64,000 bases of DNA from Candidatus Omnitrophota bacterium (GTDB lineage: Bacteria > Hinthialibacterota > Hinthialibacteria > Hinthialibacterales > Hinthialibacteraceae). The DNA is taken from positions 26,828 through 90,827 of the forward strand of contig JBFMBP010000032.1 in assembly GCA_040755155.1 (NCBI GenBank), written 5' to 3'. The stretch's first letter is position 1. Every line of letters begins with the position of its first letter. Position numbers and translations under genes: made by a program. Under the pieces are notes generated by a model. That model was not told the DNA's origin, did not search any database, and worked only from the letters and a program-made list of their open reading frames with translations. Below are positions 19,311-27,187 of the stretch, one piece after another.

Positions 19311-20630
19311 TTATAGGCTCCACGGCGAGCGCATGGGGCGGTTGAGCATCCAATTCGCCGCCGGATCGCCGATGAAGCGTTCCTGGTCCGGATCCCATTT
19401 CAGTTTGCGTCCCAGTTGCATGGAGATATGGCCGATATGAGCGATGGTGATGGTGCGATGGCCGACTTCCGCGGGAGCGTAACAGGGTTTGCGCGTCTTT
19501 ATGCCGTCGAGAAAATTGCGCTGTTCGCCCGCCGGGCAGGTATAGAGATGGATTTCGTTTTCGCCGATTTTTTCTTGCAGGATGGAGGGCGAACTGGCTT
19601 CCAGCGGCCCGCACCACCCGGTGTTGCCGATCCAGCCTTCCGTTCCCTTGAAGCGCAGTGAAGGTTCTTTGGAAAAAACGGTCAGGGAGACGCCGTTGGC
19701 GTATTTGTAGTCGATGTGAAATTGAGTCGGCGCGTTGTATAGGCCTTCCTTGGGAAATTCGCCTTTCCCCTCCACTTCGATGGGGCCGGTATGTTCCGTA
19801 TCGTTGCCCCATTGCGCTAGATCGATCATGTGGGCGCCCCAGTCGGTTAACTGCCCGCCGGAATAATCGAGAATCCAGCGGAAGTTCCAATGGCAGCGTG
19901 CGGGACAGTAAGGCGCTTCGGGTGCCTGGCCGAGCCAGAGGTCATAATCGAAGCCTTCCGGAACAGGCGCCGGATCCATGCCGGCTTTTTGGATGGAATG
20001 ACCTTGCGGCAGGCCGACCTTGATGCTTTGCAGCTTGCCGATGCGTCCGTTGCGCACCAGTTCGCACATACGGTAATAGACTTCCACGGAGCGGTTTTCC
20101 GAAGCCGTTTGAAAGATGCGTCCCGTGCGCTGCATGGCGTCGCTGAGCGCCCGGCCTTCGAGAACCGTGAGGGAAAGCGGCTTTTCGCACATTACGTCTT
20201 TGCCCGCTTCGGCGGCCATGATGGCGGGAATGACGTGCCAATGGTCGGGCGTGGCGATCATGACGGCGTCGATATCTTCTCGCGCGATCAATTCGCGGAA
20301 GTCGTTGCAATCGTCGCAGCCTTTATACGTTCCCTTTGGCAGCAATTCGCCGTAACGCTCTTCGATCAGGGCTTTGGCTCCAAGGCGCCGCTTGCGATCC
20401 ACGTCGCATACGGCGACGATGCGGCAGTCCGGCTCTGGCAGGAAGCGCTTGATATTGCGATTGACGCCGTGATCGCCGGTTCCGATGATTCCCAGCGCAA
20501 TCCGCTCGCTAGGCGCCACGGCGCCGTCCAATCCTAACGCGGAAGAGGGGATGACGAAAGGAGCGGCGGCGGCGAAAGCGGCGCGGTATATAAAATTCCG
20601 GCGCGATAAGATGCTGCGATAAACCTTCAT
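19311..20630 (-). CDS. Gfo/Idh/MocA-family oxidoreductase with twin-arginine (Tat) signal
   Basis: ORF 19311..20645. The ATG at 20630 lies 7 nt after GGAGG. SRRNFIYRAAFAAAAPFVI is Tat-like, followed by the Rossmann motif IALGIIGTGDHG and a Gfo/Idh/MocA C-terminal domain. Confidence 0.85.
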   Translation of the reverse strand: MKVYRSILSRRNFIYRAAFAAAAPFVIPSSALGLDGAVAPSERIALGIIGTGDHGVNRNIKRFLPEPDCRIVAVCDVDRKRRLGAKALIEERYGELLPKGTYKGCDDCNDFRELIAREDIDAVMIATPDHWHVIPAIMAAEAGKDVMCEKPLSLTVLEGRALSDAMQRTGRIFQTASENRSVEVYYRMCELVRNGRIGKLQSIKVGLPQGHSIQKAGMDPAPVPEGFDYDLWLGQAPEAPYCPARCHWNFRWILDYSGGQLTDWGAHMIDLAQWGNDTEHTGPIEVEGKGEFPKEGLYNAPTQFHIDYKYANGVSLTVFSKEPSLRFKGTEGWIGNTGWCGPLEASSPSILQEKIGENEIHLYTCPAGEQRNFLDGIKTRKPCYAPAEVGHRTITIAHIGHISMQLGRKLKWDPDQERFIGDPAANWMLNRPMRSPWSL

Positions 20631-20706
20631 TTTCATTCCTCCCAAAGATGCGATTCTTTATATTTTATAAGAAATATCGGTTGGGAATAACGAGAATAAC
20701 GGCTTC

Positions 20707-20882
20707 ATAATCCTAAAAATAGTGATTAGTGACAAGTGACGAGTGATTAGTAAAAGAAATTCAGTGAGTTATAAATACTTTCCGCTCGCCTTTTGGGTAA
20801 TAAGGATGCTATTACGCATTCTTATTAAAAAATAAGGATTAATATTCTCAAACAAATCGCCAACTGTTTTTTTTAGGATTAT
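20707..20882 (+). mobile_element. MITE-like non-coding element, copy 1 (176 bp, 13-nt terminal inverted repeats)
   Basis: TIRs ataatcctaaaaa / tttttaggattat. Four tandem heptamers agtgatt-agtgaca-agtgacg-agtgatt at 20721-20751. A second copy of the same length and orientation lies at 33576-33751, nearly identical over the first ~55 nt and clearly related over the rest. Confidence 0.7.
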
Positions 20883-20965
20883 TGACTTTCATTATGAAAA
20901 ACGATTTTTAGTAAAACGCAATATCCGATAACCTTCAATCCATAAACATACCTTTAGAGGGGGCT

Positions 20966-21238
20966 ATGAACAAATGGCTAGCTCTAGCGGTCGTCGTCTG
21001 CATTGTCGCTTTAGTAGGAATCATAGTCTTCATGGGCGGCAAAAAACCTGCCAATCAATCTCCTAACGACGTCGTCGTCATGGTGGAGAAGGGCGTCGTG
21101 CGCATGGAAGGCGAGAACGAACTGACGCTTCAAGCCGGGGAAATCGGCAACGTCACTTCGGACCGCTTGGCTTCGAAAACCTTCGAAGCGGCGAAGATGG
21201 GAACTGACGCAGATAATCTACTTTCTTCCAACATTTAA
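20966..21238 (+). CDS. Hypothetical small membrane-anchored protein
   Basis: 90 aa. AGAGGGGG RBS, an N-terminal TM helix (WLALAVVVCIVALVGIIVFM) and a soluble tail. No family recognised. Confidence 0.5.
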   Translation: MNKWLALAVVVCIVALVGIIVFMGGKKPANQSPNDVVVMVEKGVVRMEGENELTLQAGEIGNVTSDRLASKTFEAAKMGTDADNLLSSNI

Positions 21239-21358
21239 AAAATACGGGCGCCACTGGCAAACAACAGCGTCGCGCTTCAAATGCACGATTATCAGTTATA
21301 ATCTCTATATGTCGTAGAGTGAATATCCGTCAGTCAACCAAAGGTTTTTCTTGTTTAT

Positions 21359-21364
21359 TATAAT
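21359..21364 (+). promoter_or_regulatory. Possible -10 hexamer (TATAAT) upstream of the toxin-antitoxin pair
   Basis: Perfect TATAAT in an AT-rich spacer, 22 nt upstream of the ATG at 21386. No convincing -35 at canonical spacing. Confidence 0.3.
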
Positions 21365-21385
21365 TCAATAAGATATAGTTTAACA

Positions 21386-21676
21386 ATGATCGAAATTCAC
21401 CAGACAGAGGCCTAAGCCCAATGGTTCGACAGTTTGCGAGACCGGCAAGCGCGAGCGCGAATTGATATTCGTATTCGCCGTTTGTCGCTGGGAAACTTCG
21501 GAGACGTTAGACCCGTCGGTGAAGGCATCTCGGAATTACGCATCGACTACGGTCCGGGTTATAGAGTATATTTCAAAATACGCGAACGTTCATTGGTAAT
21601 CCTTCTTGCAGGCGGCGATAAACGCTCCCAAGAACGGGATATTTATACAGCGATCAATCTGGCGCGCGAATTGTAG
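21386..21676 (+). pseudogene. RelE/ParE-superfamily addiction-module killer gene (TIGR02683-like) interrupted by an in-frame TAA at codon 10
   Basis: Reading from the ATG at 21386 gives MIEIHQTEA-stop(21413-21415)-AQWFDSLRDRQARARIDIRIRRLSLGNFGDVRPVGEGISELRIDYGPGYRVYFKIRERSLVILLAGGDKRSQERDI... The stop sits where family members carry an aromatic residue. The ORF track only recovers the part from the TTG at 21434. Confidence 0.75.
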
Positions 21677-21685
21677 GAGATTCTC

Positions 21686-21979
21686 ATGGCAAAAACCCTA
21701 ATCCAGCCTTGGGATGCGGCCGAACATTTGAAAACCAAGGAGGACATGGCTGCCTATCTGGAAGCCGCGCTTGAAGATGGCGATCCTTCAATGATAACAG
21801 CGGCCTTGGGAGACATCGCGCGGGCCAAAGGTATAACGCAAATCGCTCGCGAAACTGGCATTGAATGCGAAAGCCTCAATAAAGCGCTGTCGCCGGAAGG
21901 CCATCCGGATTTCGCCACTGTTCTCAAAATAGTGCGGGCATTGGGTCTGTGCTTACATGCCGCCACTCCGTGCGCCTAA
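21686..21979 (+). CDS. Addiction-module antidote protein, HigA-family HTH (TIGR02684-like)
   Basis: 97 aa, 9 nt after the toxin stop. ..AYLEAALEDGDPSMITAALGDIARAKGITQIARETGI..ESLNKALSPEGHPDFATVLKIVRALGL.. is the typical antidote sequence. Confidence 0.85.
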   Translation: MAKTLIQPWDAAEHLKTKEDMAAYLEAALEDGDPSMITAALGDIARAKGITQIARETGIECESLNKALSPEGHPDFATVLKIVRALGLCLHAATPCA

Positions 21980-22144
21980 TCAAGAAAAGACTGCGCCGAT
22001 TCCGCGCCGATTGCTCCGCGCGAAAAGAACAAGATCGCACAAATAAGGCATAGCCGCCATCCGCTTCGCTCGACCCGCCGCCTCTCTGGAGTATAATGAA
22101 CATCGCCTTTATCGAGTCACCTAATTTCCTAATCAAGAGCGGCG

Positions 22145-22729
22145 ATGAGCGCAGTTTTGGGCGAGATTATTTATACCAGCACCACCGAGATCGTCGGCCA
22201 GTGCGTCAGGAACCAGCCGTCTCCGGCTTACGGGTCATTCATCCGCGCCGGGCGGGATAATGCCTGCGTGGGCGTGGTCTATAACGTGGAAACCGCCAGC
22301 ATCGATCCCCACCGCCGTCCTTCCGCCTTGGGCGTCCCCGAAGATCAAATCCAACAATACTATCCGCAACTAGCCGGGCTGCTGCGCTCGGAATTTCAAG
22401 CATTGCTCATCGGCTCTTTGAACGGCGGCCAATTTCTATTCGGCCTGCCCGCCATCCCGCCCGCGCTGCACGCCGAGACGCGGGAATGCGGCGACGAAGA
22501 AGTGCGGCGCATCGGCGAAGATTTGGGTTTTCTGCGCCTGCTCTATTCCTCCGGTAAATCGTCCGCGGAAGAGCTGCTAGTCAGCGCTTGCCGCCGCCTT
22601 CTGGCGGCTTATAGCTGGGAGCGGCGCTGCGCCGTGCGCATAGGCAAAGCCGTCTCGGAATTGTTTCGCGACGATTACGACTCGCTGCGGCGCATCGCGG
22701 CGCGGTTGGAAGCGGGGATGAATCCATGA
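22145..22729 (+). CDS. Hypothetical protein, N-terminal beta-barrel-like segment plus helical domain; partner of the HerA-like ATPase
   Basis: 194 aa. Its stop overlaps the next start (ATGA at 22726-22729). The N-terminus LGEIIYTSTTEIVGQCV..YGSFIRAG..CVGVVYNVET reads like a HAS/OB-type barrel. I see no nuclease or NTPase motif. Confidence 0.6.
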   Translation: MSAVLGEIIYTSTTEIVGQCVRNQPSPAYGSFIRAGRDNACVGVVYNVETASIDPHRRPSALGVPEDQIQQYYPQLAGLLRSEFQALLIGSLNGGQFLFGLPAIPPALHAETRECGDEEVRRIGEDLGFLRLLYSSGKSSAEELLVSACRRLLAAYSWERRCAVRIGKAVSELFRDDYDSLRRIAARLEAGMNP

Positions 22730-24408
22730 AAAATCCCATTCTCGGCGTCATCACATCCGGCTCGCTGGCGGAAGGATTGGAGATGCGGCTGCATCCTTCG
22801 CATTCGGTGGAGCAGGTGCGGGCGGGAAAGTTCGTTGTGGTGGAGGGGCGCGAATTCGATTTCTTTTCCATGATTACGGATGCGCGGCTAGACGCTTCCA
22901 GCCAATCGATTCTGCGCGATCCGCCGCCGGGGGAATCGCTGCTGGCGGACGTTCTCGCGGGGGATCACACCTACGCCACCGTGTCGCTCAAGCCCATGCT
23001 GATGATGCAGCGGACGGCGGCGCAAGGGCGCATCGACCGCGAGGAGCTGCTGCGGCCGGTCAAGAGCATCCCCGCCCATTTCTCGACGGTGCGGGAAGCG
23101 TCGCGCGAGGATGTGAACCGCGTCTTCGGCGAAGAAGAGGAACGTTCGGCGCGCTATTTCAATCTGGGAGCGCCGCTGGATATGGAGAACGTCGAGGTCT
23201 GCCTGGATTTGGACCGCTTCATCGAACGCTCCAACGGCATTTTCGGTAAAACGGGTACCGGCAAAACCTTTTTGACGCGGCTGGTATTGGCCGGTTTAAT
23301 TCAAGGCAACAAGGCCGTCAACCTGATCTTCGACATGCACAGCGAATACGGCTGGCAAACGCGCTCGGAAGGCGACGCGGGCAACGACGCATTCGTCAAA
23401 GGATTGAAAAACATATTCGCCGCCCGGGGCAACGTCCTCATCTGCACTCTTGATCCCGAATCGGCAAGCAAGCGAGCCGTGAAGTGGGATTTGGAGTTGC
23501 GAATCCCGCTCTCGGAAATCGAGGTGGAGGATATCGCGCCTTTGCAGGAGGAACTAAACCTGCACGCCACCGCCATCGAGACGGCGTATATCCTGCGCAA
23601 TCGTTATAACAAAAATTGGATGAAAACGCTGCTGGACATCCCGCCGGAAGAGATGAAAGATAGAGCGGAAGAACTCGGCGCCAATAAAGAGAGCATGGCG
23701 GCGCTGTACCGCAAACTGCGGGCTATCCGCGATCTGCCGTTTATCGCCGATAAAGAGGAAGAAAAGATCGCAGGCGCATCTTCGAATCGCGTCAACATCG
23801 CCCGGCTTATCAACGAATTGCGCAGCGGCAAGCATATCGATCTGGAATTCGGACGCATCTCCAGCCTGCTGGCTTATCTGCTTGTCGCTAACCTCATCTC
23901 GCGGCGGATTCATCACGAGTGGGTGAAGCAGGCGGAAAAATACATGGCGAGCCAGGACGCCAAAGACCGGCCCAAGCCGCTAGTCATCACCATCGAGGAA
24001 GCGCACAAGTTTCTCAATCCCTCGGCGGCGCGGCAGACCATCTTCGGAACCATCGCGCGGGAATTGCGCAAATATTTCGTATCGCTGTTGATCGTGGATC
24101 AGCGGCCATCGGGAATCGACGACGAAATCCTCTCGCAATTGGGAACGCGCATCACGGCGCTGCTCAACGACGAAAAGGACATTCAAGCCGTATTCACGGG
24201 AGTATCCGGCGCCGCCGCATTGCGCAACGTGCTGGCCTCGCTGGACAGCAAGCAGCAAGCGCTGATCCTAGGCCACGCCACGCCCATGCCCATCGTTGTC
24301 AAAACCCGGCATTACGGAGAGGAATTTTATAAAGCCATGGGCATGAAATCCGCCGAAGAAAAAACGGACCGCCTGCGGAAGATTACGAATCTGTTTCCGG
24401 AGGGGTAG
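22726..24408 (+). CDS. HerA/FtsK-superfamily ATPase (DUF87-type, HerA-like) with N-terminal HAS-barrel
   Basis: 560 aa. Barrel GVITSGSLAEGLEMRL..VRAGKFVVVEG, Walker A GIFGKTGTGKTF, Walker B LVITIEEAHKFL, and the sensor/arginine-finger region SLLIVDQRPSGIDDEILSQLGTRITALLNDEKD. Confidence 0.85.
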   Translation: MKNPILGVITSGSLAEGLEMRLHPSHSVEQVRAGKFVVVEGREFDFFSMITDARLDASSQSILRDPPPGESLLADVLAGDHTYATVSLKPMLMMQRTAAQGRIDREELLRPVKSIPAHFSTVREASREDVNRVFGEEEERSARYFNLGAPLDMENVEVCLDLDRFIERSNGIFGKTGTGKTFLTRLVLAGLIQGNKAVNLIFDMHSEYGWQTRSEGDAGNDAFVKGLKNIFAARGNVLICTLDPESASKRAVKWDLELRIPLSEIEVEDIAPLQEELNLHATAIETAYILRNRYNKNWMKTLLDIPPEEMKDRAEELGANKESMAALYRKLRAIRDLPFIADKEEEKIAGASSNRVNIARLINELRSGKHIDLEFGRISSLLAYLLVANLISRRIHHEWVKQAEKYMASQDAKDRPKPLVITIEEAHKFLNPSAARQTIFGTIARELRKYFVSLLIVDQRPSGIDDEILSQLGTRITALLNDEKDIQAVFTGVSGAAALRNVLASLDSKQQALILGHATPMPIVVKTRHYGEEFYKAMGMKSAEEKTDRLRKITNLFPEG

Positions 24409-24448
24409 AATTGGAGGGGCTTTAGTTGTTCGGATAGTACCTATCAAA

Positions 24449-24483
24449 TGGTGGGTTACGCTTCGCTTTGAGCCCACCCTACT
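24449..24483 (-). repeat. REP-like hairpin, family B
   Basis: tggtgggttacgcttcgctttgagcccaccctact, 41 nt after the ATPase stop. Possible terminator for both convergent units. Confidence 0.7.
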
Positions 24484-24502
24484 ACGCTGTCCAGAAACAC
24501 TT

Positions 24503-24814
24503 TCATTGCAAATACCACTCCTCTTCGCCGGTTTCCGAATTTTCCGTCGGTTTTACGATGCCATTAAATCGCTGAAGGGTATGCCAATCTTCGCGTTTTT
24601 GAGTCGCTTTCAATTCGCGGAGTTTATCGATGGCGTCGTCGATATCGTTCGCCTGCAACTGCGCATTCGCAAGTTCCTGGCCTTCAATGATAATCCGGTT
24701 CATGATTTTTTCCTTTTCCGCCAAAGCCGCCTTTTCGACTATTTCGTCACTATTATTCTCGGTCAAATCCTTCCTTCTACCCAAAACGCGCATCCCCCGG
24801 CGATCGATGCTCAA
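24503..24814 (-). CDS. Hypothetical small acidic coiled-coil protein (start uncertain)
   Basis: ORF-track start is a TTG. Alternative ATGs at 24793 and 24703; the latter has an AAGGA RBS and gives a 66-aa product MNRIIIEGQELANAQLQ... No family recognised. Confidence 0.4.
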   Translation of the reverse strand: MSIDRRGMRVLGRRKDLTENNSDEIVEKAALAEKEKIMNRIIIEGQELANAQLQANDIDDAIDKLRELKATQKREDWHTLQRFNGIVKPTENSETGEEEWYLQ

Positions 24815-24999
24815 CGCGATATTCGTTTAATAACGCGAGCAATTCTTTGAAGTCCGATTGAATCTCCATAATATTGCCTGCGCAATTCTTCGACGGCGGC
24901 GATGCGCTCCTCGGGCGTTTTGCTCAGCCAATAGGCCAAATCTTCCTTGACAGAAGAGGCGTCTTGCAGACGGCATTTCTTAATCGACTTCTCTATCAT
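24811..24999 (-). CDS. Hypothetical small protein
   Basis: I trim the ORF-track start (a TTG at 25023 inside a REP copy) to the ATG at 24999: MIEKSIKKCRLQDASSVKEDLAYWLSKTPEERIAAVEELRRQYYG..LQRIARVIKR. It resembles small stand-alone proteins I have seen unannotated elsewhere. No function assigned. Confidence 0.4.
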   Translation of the reverse strand: MIEKSIKKCRLQDASSVKEDLAYWLSKTPEERIAAVEELRRQYYGDSIGLQRIARVIKRISR

Positions 25000-25009
25000 A
25001 TTCGCTAAG

Positions 25010-25043
25010 TAGGGTGGGCTCAAAGCGAAGCGAAGCCCACCGT
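25010..25043 (+). repeat. REP-like hairpin, family B
   Basis: tagggtgggctcaaagcgaagcgaagcccaccgt, inverted relative to the 24449-24483 copy. Together they bracket the two tiny ORFs. Confidence 0.7.
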
Positions 25044-25062
25044 ATAACTAATAACGCAACGT

Positions 25063-25539
25063 TCAGCACAAATTAACGATCAACTGCACTTCCCCCTTGG
25101 TTATGCGCAGTTCTTCCGCGATTTTTTCCATTGGCCATCCCTGTTTGTGCAGGTCTATAACTTTTTCCCGCGCATGGTGCCGCGCCGCCGGCTGCTTCGT
25201 GGAGAGGGGAACGATCCGCGTGGCGGCGGATTCGGGGACGAGGGCGGGTTCTTCCAACTCCTTGAGTTTCGCTTCCAGGCGTCCGCACAATTCGCTCATG
25301 GCTTGGGTTTGGACTTGCATTTTTTTCAATTGGGATTCGGCGTAGACTTCGACTTCTTCCACCAAATGAGCCATCGCCGCTTGCAATTTTCGTAAGTCGG
25401 CGGCGGAAAAGGAAGGCAGTTCCGGCGGGCGGGAGGCGATCTCCCTCTCCAACTCCCGTACTTTCGCTTTCAAATGAAGCGTCCACAATCCCAAGCCAAC
25501 GAAGGCCAGGATCAATAACGCATCGATCGCTGCGCTCAT
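25063..25539 (-). CDS. Membrane-anchored coiled-coil protein with C-terminal HTH-like segment
   Basis: 158 aa. GAGGG RBS, an N-terminal TM helix (IDALLILAFVGLGLW), a coiled coil, and a C-terminus ..LHKQGWPMEKIAEELRITKGEVQLIVNL that resembles a sigma70-region-4-like HTH. Same strand and neighbourhood as fliA. Confidence 0.6.
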   Translation of the reverse strand: MSAAIDALLILAFVGLGLWTLHLKAKVRELEREIASRPPELPSFSAADLRKLQAAMAHLVEEVEVYAESQLKKMQVQTQAMSELCGRLEAKLKELEEPALVPESAATRIVPLSTKQPAARHHAREKVIDLHKQGWPMEKIAEELRITKGEVQLIVNLC

Positions 25540-25618
25540 GGATTTCCCTCAATCCGCAGAAACAATTCCCAAATCACATCTAAAAATACAAATCGCTTTT
25601 AAATTTGTCGCTTTTCAA

Positions 25619-25712
25619 ATCCCTCTCCCAAGATTGGGAGAGGTTAGGCGAGGGTTGATACTATTAGACTTATTTTTCCCTCACCCTAACCCTCTCCCAT
25701 AGGGCGAGGGAA
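25619..25712. repeat. Nested-palindrome element, full copy
   Basis: tccctctcccaagattgggagaggttaggcgagggttga ... tccctcaccctaaccctctcccatagggcgaggga. The arms are inverted copies, and ctctccca/tgggagag forms an inner hairpin. Confidence 0.75.
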
Positions 25713-25776
25713 CAGGAATTGCGAAAAATGAGTTATTTAAACCGGCTCGCTCCAACGCCCATAGGCGCATCGGAAC

Positions 25777-26109
25777 TTAAGCCTGAATATCCAAAAGATT
25801 GCCATGAATGCCGTCGCGTACGCGGGGTTTGGCCGCCGCCGGTTCCTCCGGCTCCTCCTCCATCCGCTTGGCGCGCCGCCGTATGCGTTGCTTACGAATG
25901 TCGCCCCGCTGCGTATCTTCCTCGTTGATACGGTCTTTCCCTTGTTGTTCGTTGGTTTCTTGTACGGTGTTGAGCTCTTCCCGAACCTCGTCTTCGAACG
26001 TTTTGCCTACCATCGACGGCGCAAATTGAGCTTGCATACTCTGCGCCTGCTGCATTTGCTGCATCAGGGGCATATTGGCAAGCGGATTTTGGAAGTCGGC
26101 GAGAGTCAT
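25777..26109 (-). CDS. Hypothetical Q/E/R-rich, probably disordered small protein downstream of fliA
   Basis: 110 aa with low-complexity composition (MQQMQQAQSMQAQ.., RKQRIRRRAKRMEEEPEEP). No family recognised. Confidence 0.45.
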   Translation of the reverse strand: MTLADFQNPLANMPLMQQMQQAQSMQAQFAPSMVGKTFEDEVREELNTVQETNEQQGKDRINEEDTQRGDIRKQRIRRRAKRMEEEPEEPAAAKPRVRDGIHGNLLDIQA

Positions 26110-26284
26110 GATGGTTCTCGCTCTCCTTCCTTATCGATAAAATCGTACAAAGGCCGCCTTTCCGGCGAGCGGCAAGTTTCAGACGATATTATTATAATCT
26201 CTTTTTTGCCGCAAGTCACGTTTTTTTATGGCCGCAATAAAAAACTTCTTTTCCCGGCGATTCGCTAAGAAATCGTCCCCGCCG

Positions 26285-27097
26285 TCAAGTCATCATATCC
26301 TGCTGCCAGGTTTGCAATTTTCCCCGCAGCCGCAGCATGGCTTTGGTGTGCAACTGGCATATGCGCGATTCGGTAACTCCCAACACTTCGCCGATTTCGC
26401 GCAAGGTCAATTCTTCGTTGTAATACAGAACCACCACCAGACGCTCTTTGCTCGGCAGGTTCTCGATGGCCTGCGTCAAGAGTTCGACGATCTCCTCCTG
26501 TTGGATGGAATTGCGGGGATCGTCGATTTTGCGGGAAGGGGTCACGTCGCCGCGAGTGGTGGCGCCGTCGTCTGAAACACGCAACACCTCGTCCAGGGAC
26601 AACAGCGTGGCCCGGCTGGCGTGATGGAGCAATTGCTGCAGCTCTTTGACGTCGATTCCCAATTTCTCCGCCAGCTCGGTTTCGTTGGCGGGACGCATCA
26701 GTTCGCCTTCCAATTCGGAAAACACGGCTTGCAGGCGATTCACCTGCTGCCGCAACGATCGGGGGATCCAATCCACCGACCGCAATTCGTCGATAATAGA
26801 GCCTTTGATGCGGGGGATGGCGTAGGTGATGAATTTCACGTCCCGCGAGGGATCGAAATTGTCGATGGCCGTCAGCAGCCCCATGACGCCGCAGGAATAA
26901 AGGTCGTCGTAATCCAACACTTCGCTTTCGATATGCGAAACGGCCAACATGCGATTGATGACGTACTTGACCAGGTGGATGTATTTTTCCGCCAATTTTT
27001 CACGCGCATCCAGGGAGCCGGTTTGGGTAAACTCCACCCAATACTTCGCTTCTTCTTCCTGCGATATTTTCTCTTTGACGACATTATAGTAGCGCAT
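26285..27097 (-). CDS. fliA: FliA/WhiG-family RNA polymerase sigma factor (sigma-28)
   Basis: 270 aa. Region 2 (YDDLYSCGVMGLLTAIDNFDPSRDVKFITYAIPRIKGSIIDELR), region 3, and region 4 (LPSKERLVVVLYYNEELTLREIGEVLGVTESRICQLHTKAMLRLR). Confidence 0.9.
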   Translation of the reverse strand: MRYYNVVKEKISQEEEAKYWVEFTQTGSLDAREKLAEKYIHLVKYVINRMLAVSHIESEVLDYDDLYSCGVMGLLTAIDNFDPSRDVKFITYAIPRIKGSIIDELRSVDWIPRSLRQQVNRLQAVFSELEGELMRPANETELAEKLGIDVKELQQLLHHASRATLLSLDEVLRVSDDGATTRGDVTPSRKIDDPRNSIQQEEIVELLTQAIENLPSKERLVVVLYYNEELTLREIGEVLGVTESRICQLHTKAMLRLRGKLQTWQQDMMT

Positions 27098-27187
27098 GAA
27101 ATATCATACCTGGATAGACGGCCGTTTTCGATCGATCGGCGGGAAACGCCGATCGTTGACTAATTTCTCCTCCGTTCCGGCGCCTGT

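Noticed and set aside
25073-25552. 159-aa minus-strand ORF overlapping 25063..25539 in another frame, and likewise 26265..26771 versus fliA
   Set aside because: The competing frames give a TM helix, coiled coil and HTH, or a complete sigma-28. The rejected frames are R/G-rich with no structure.
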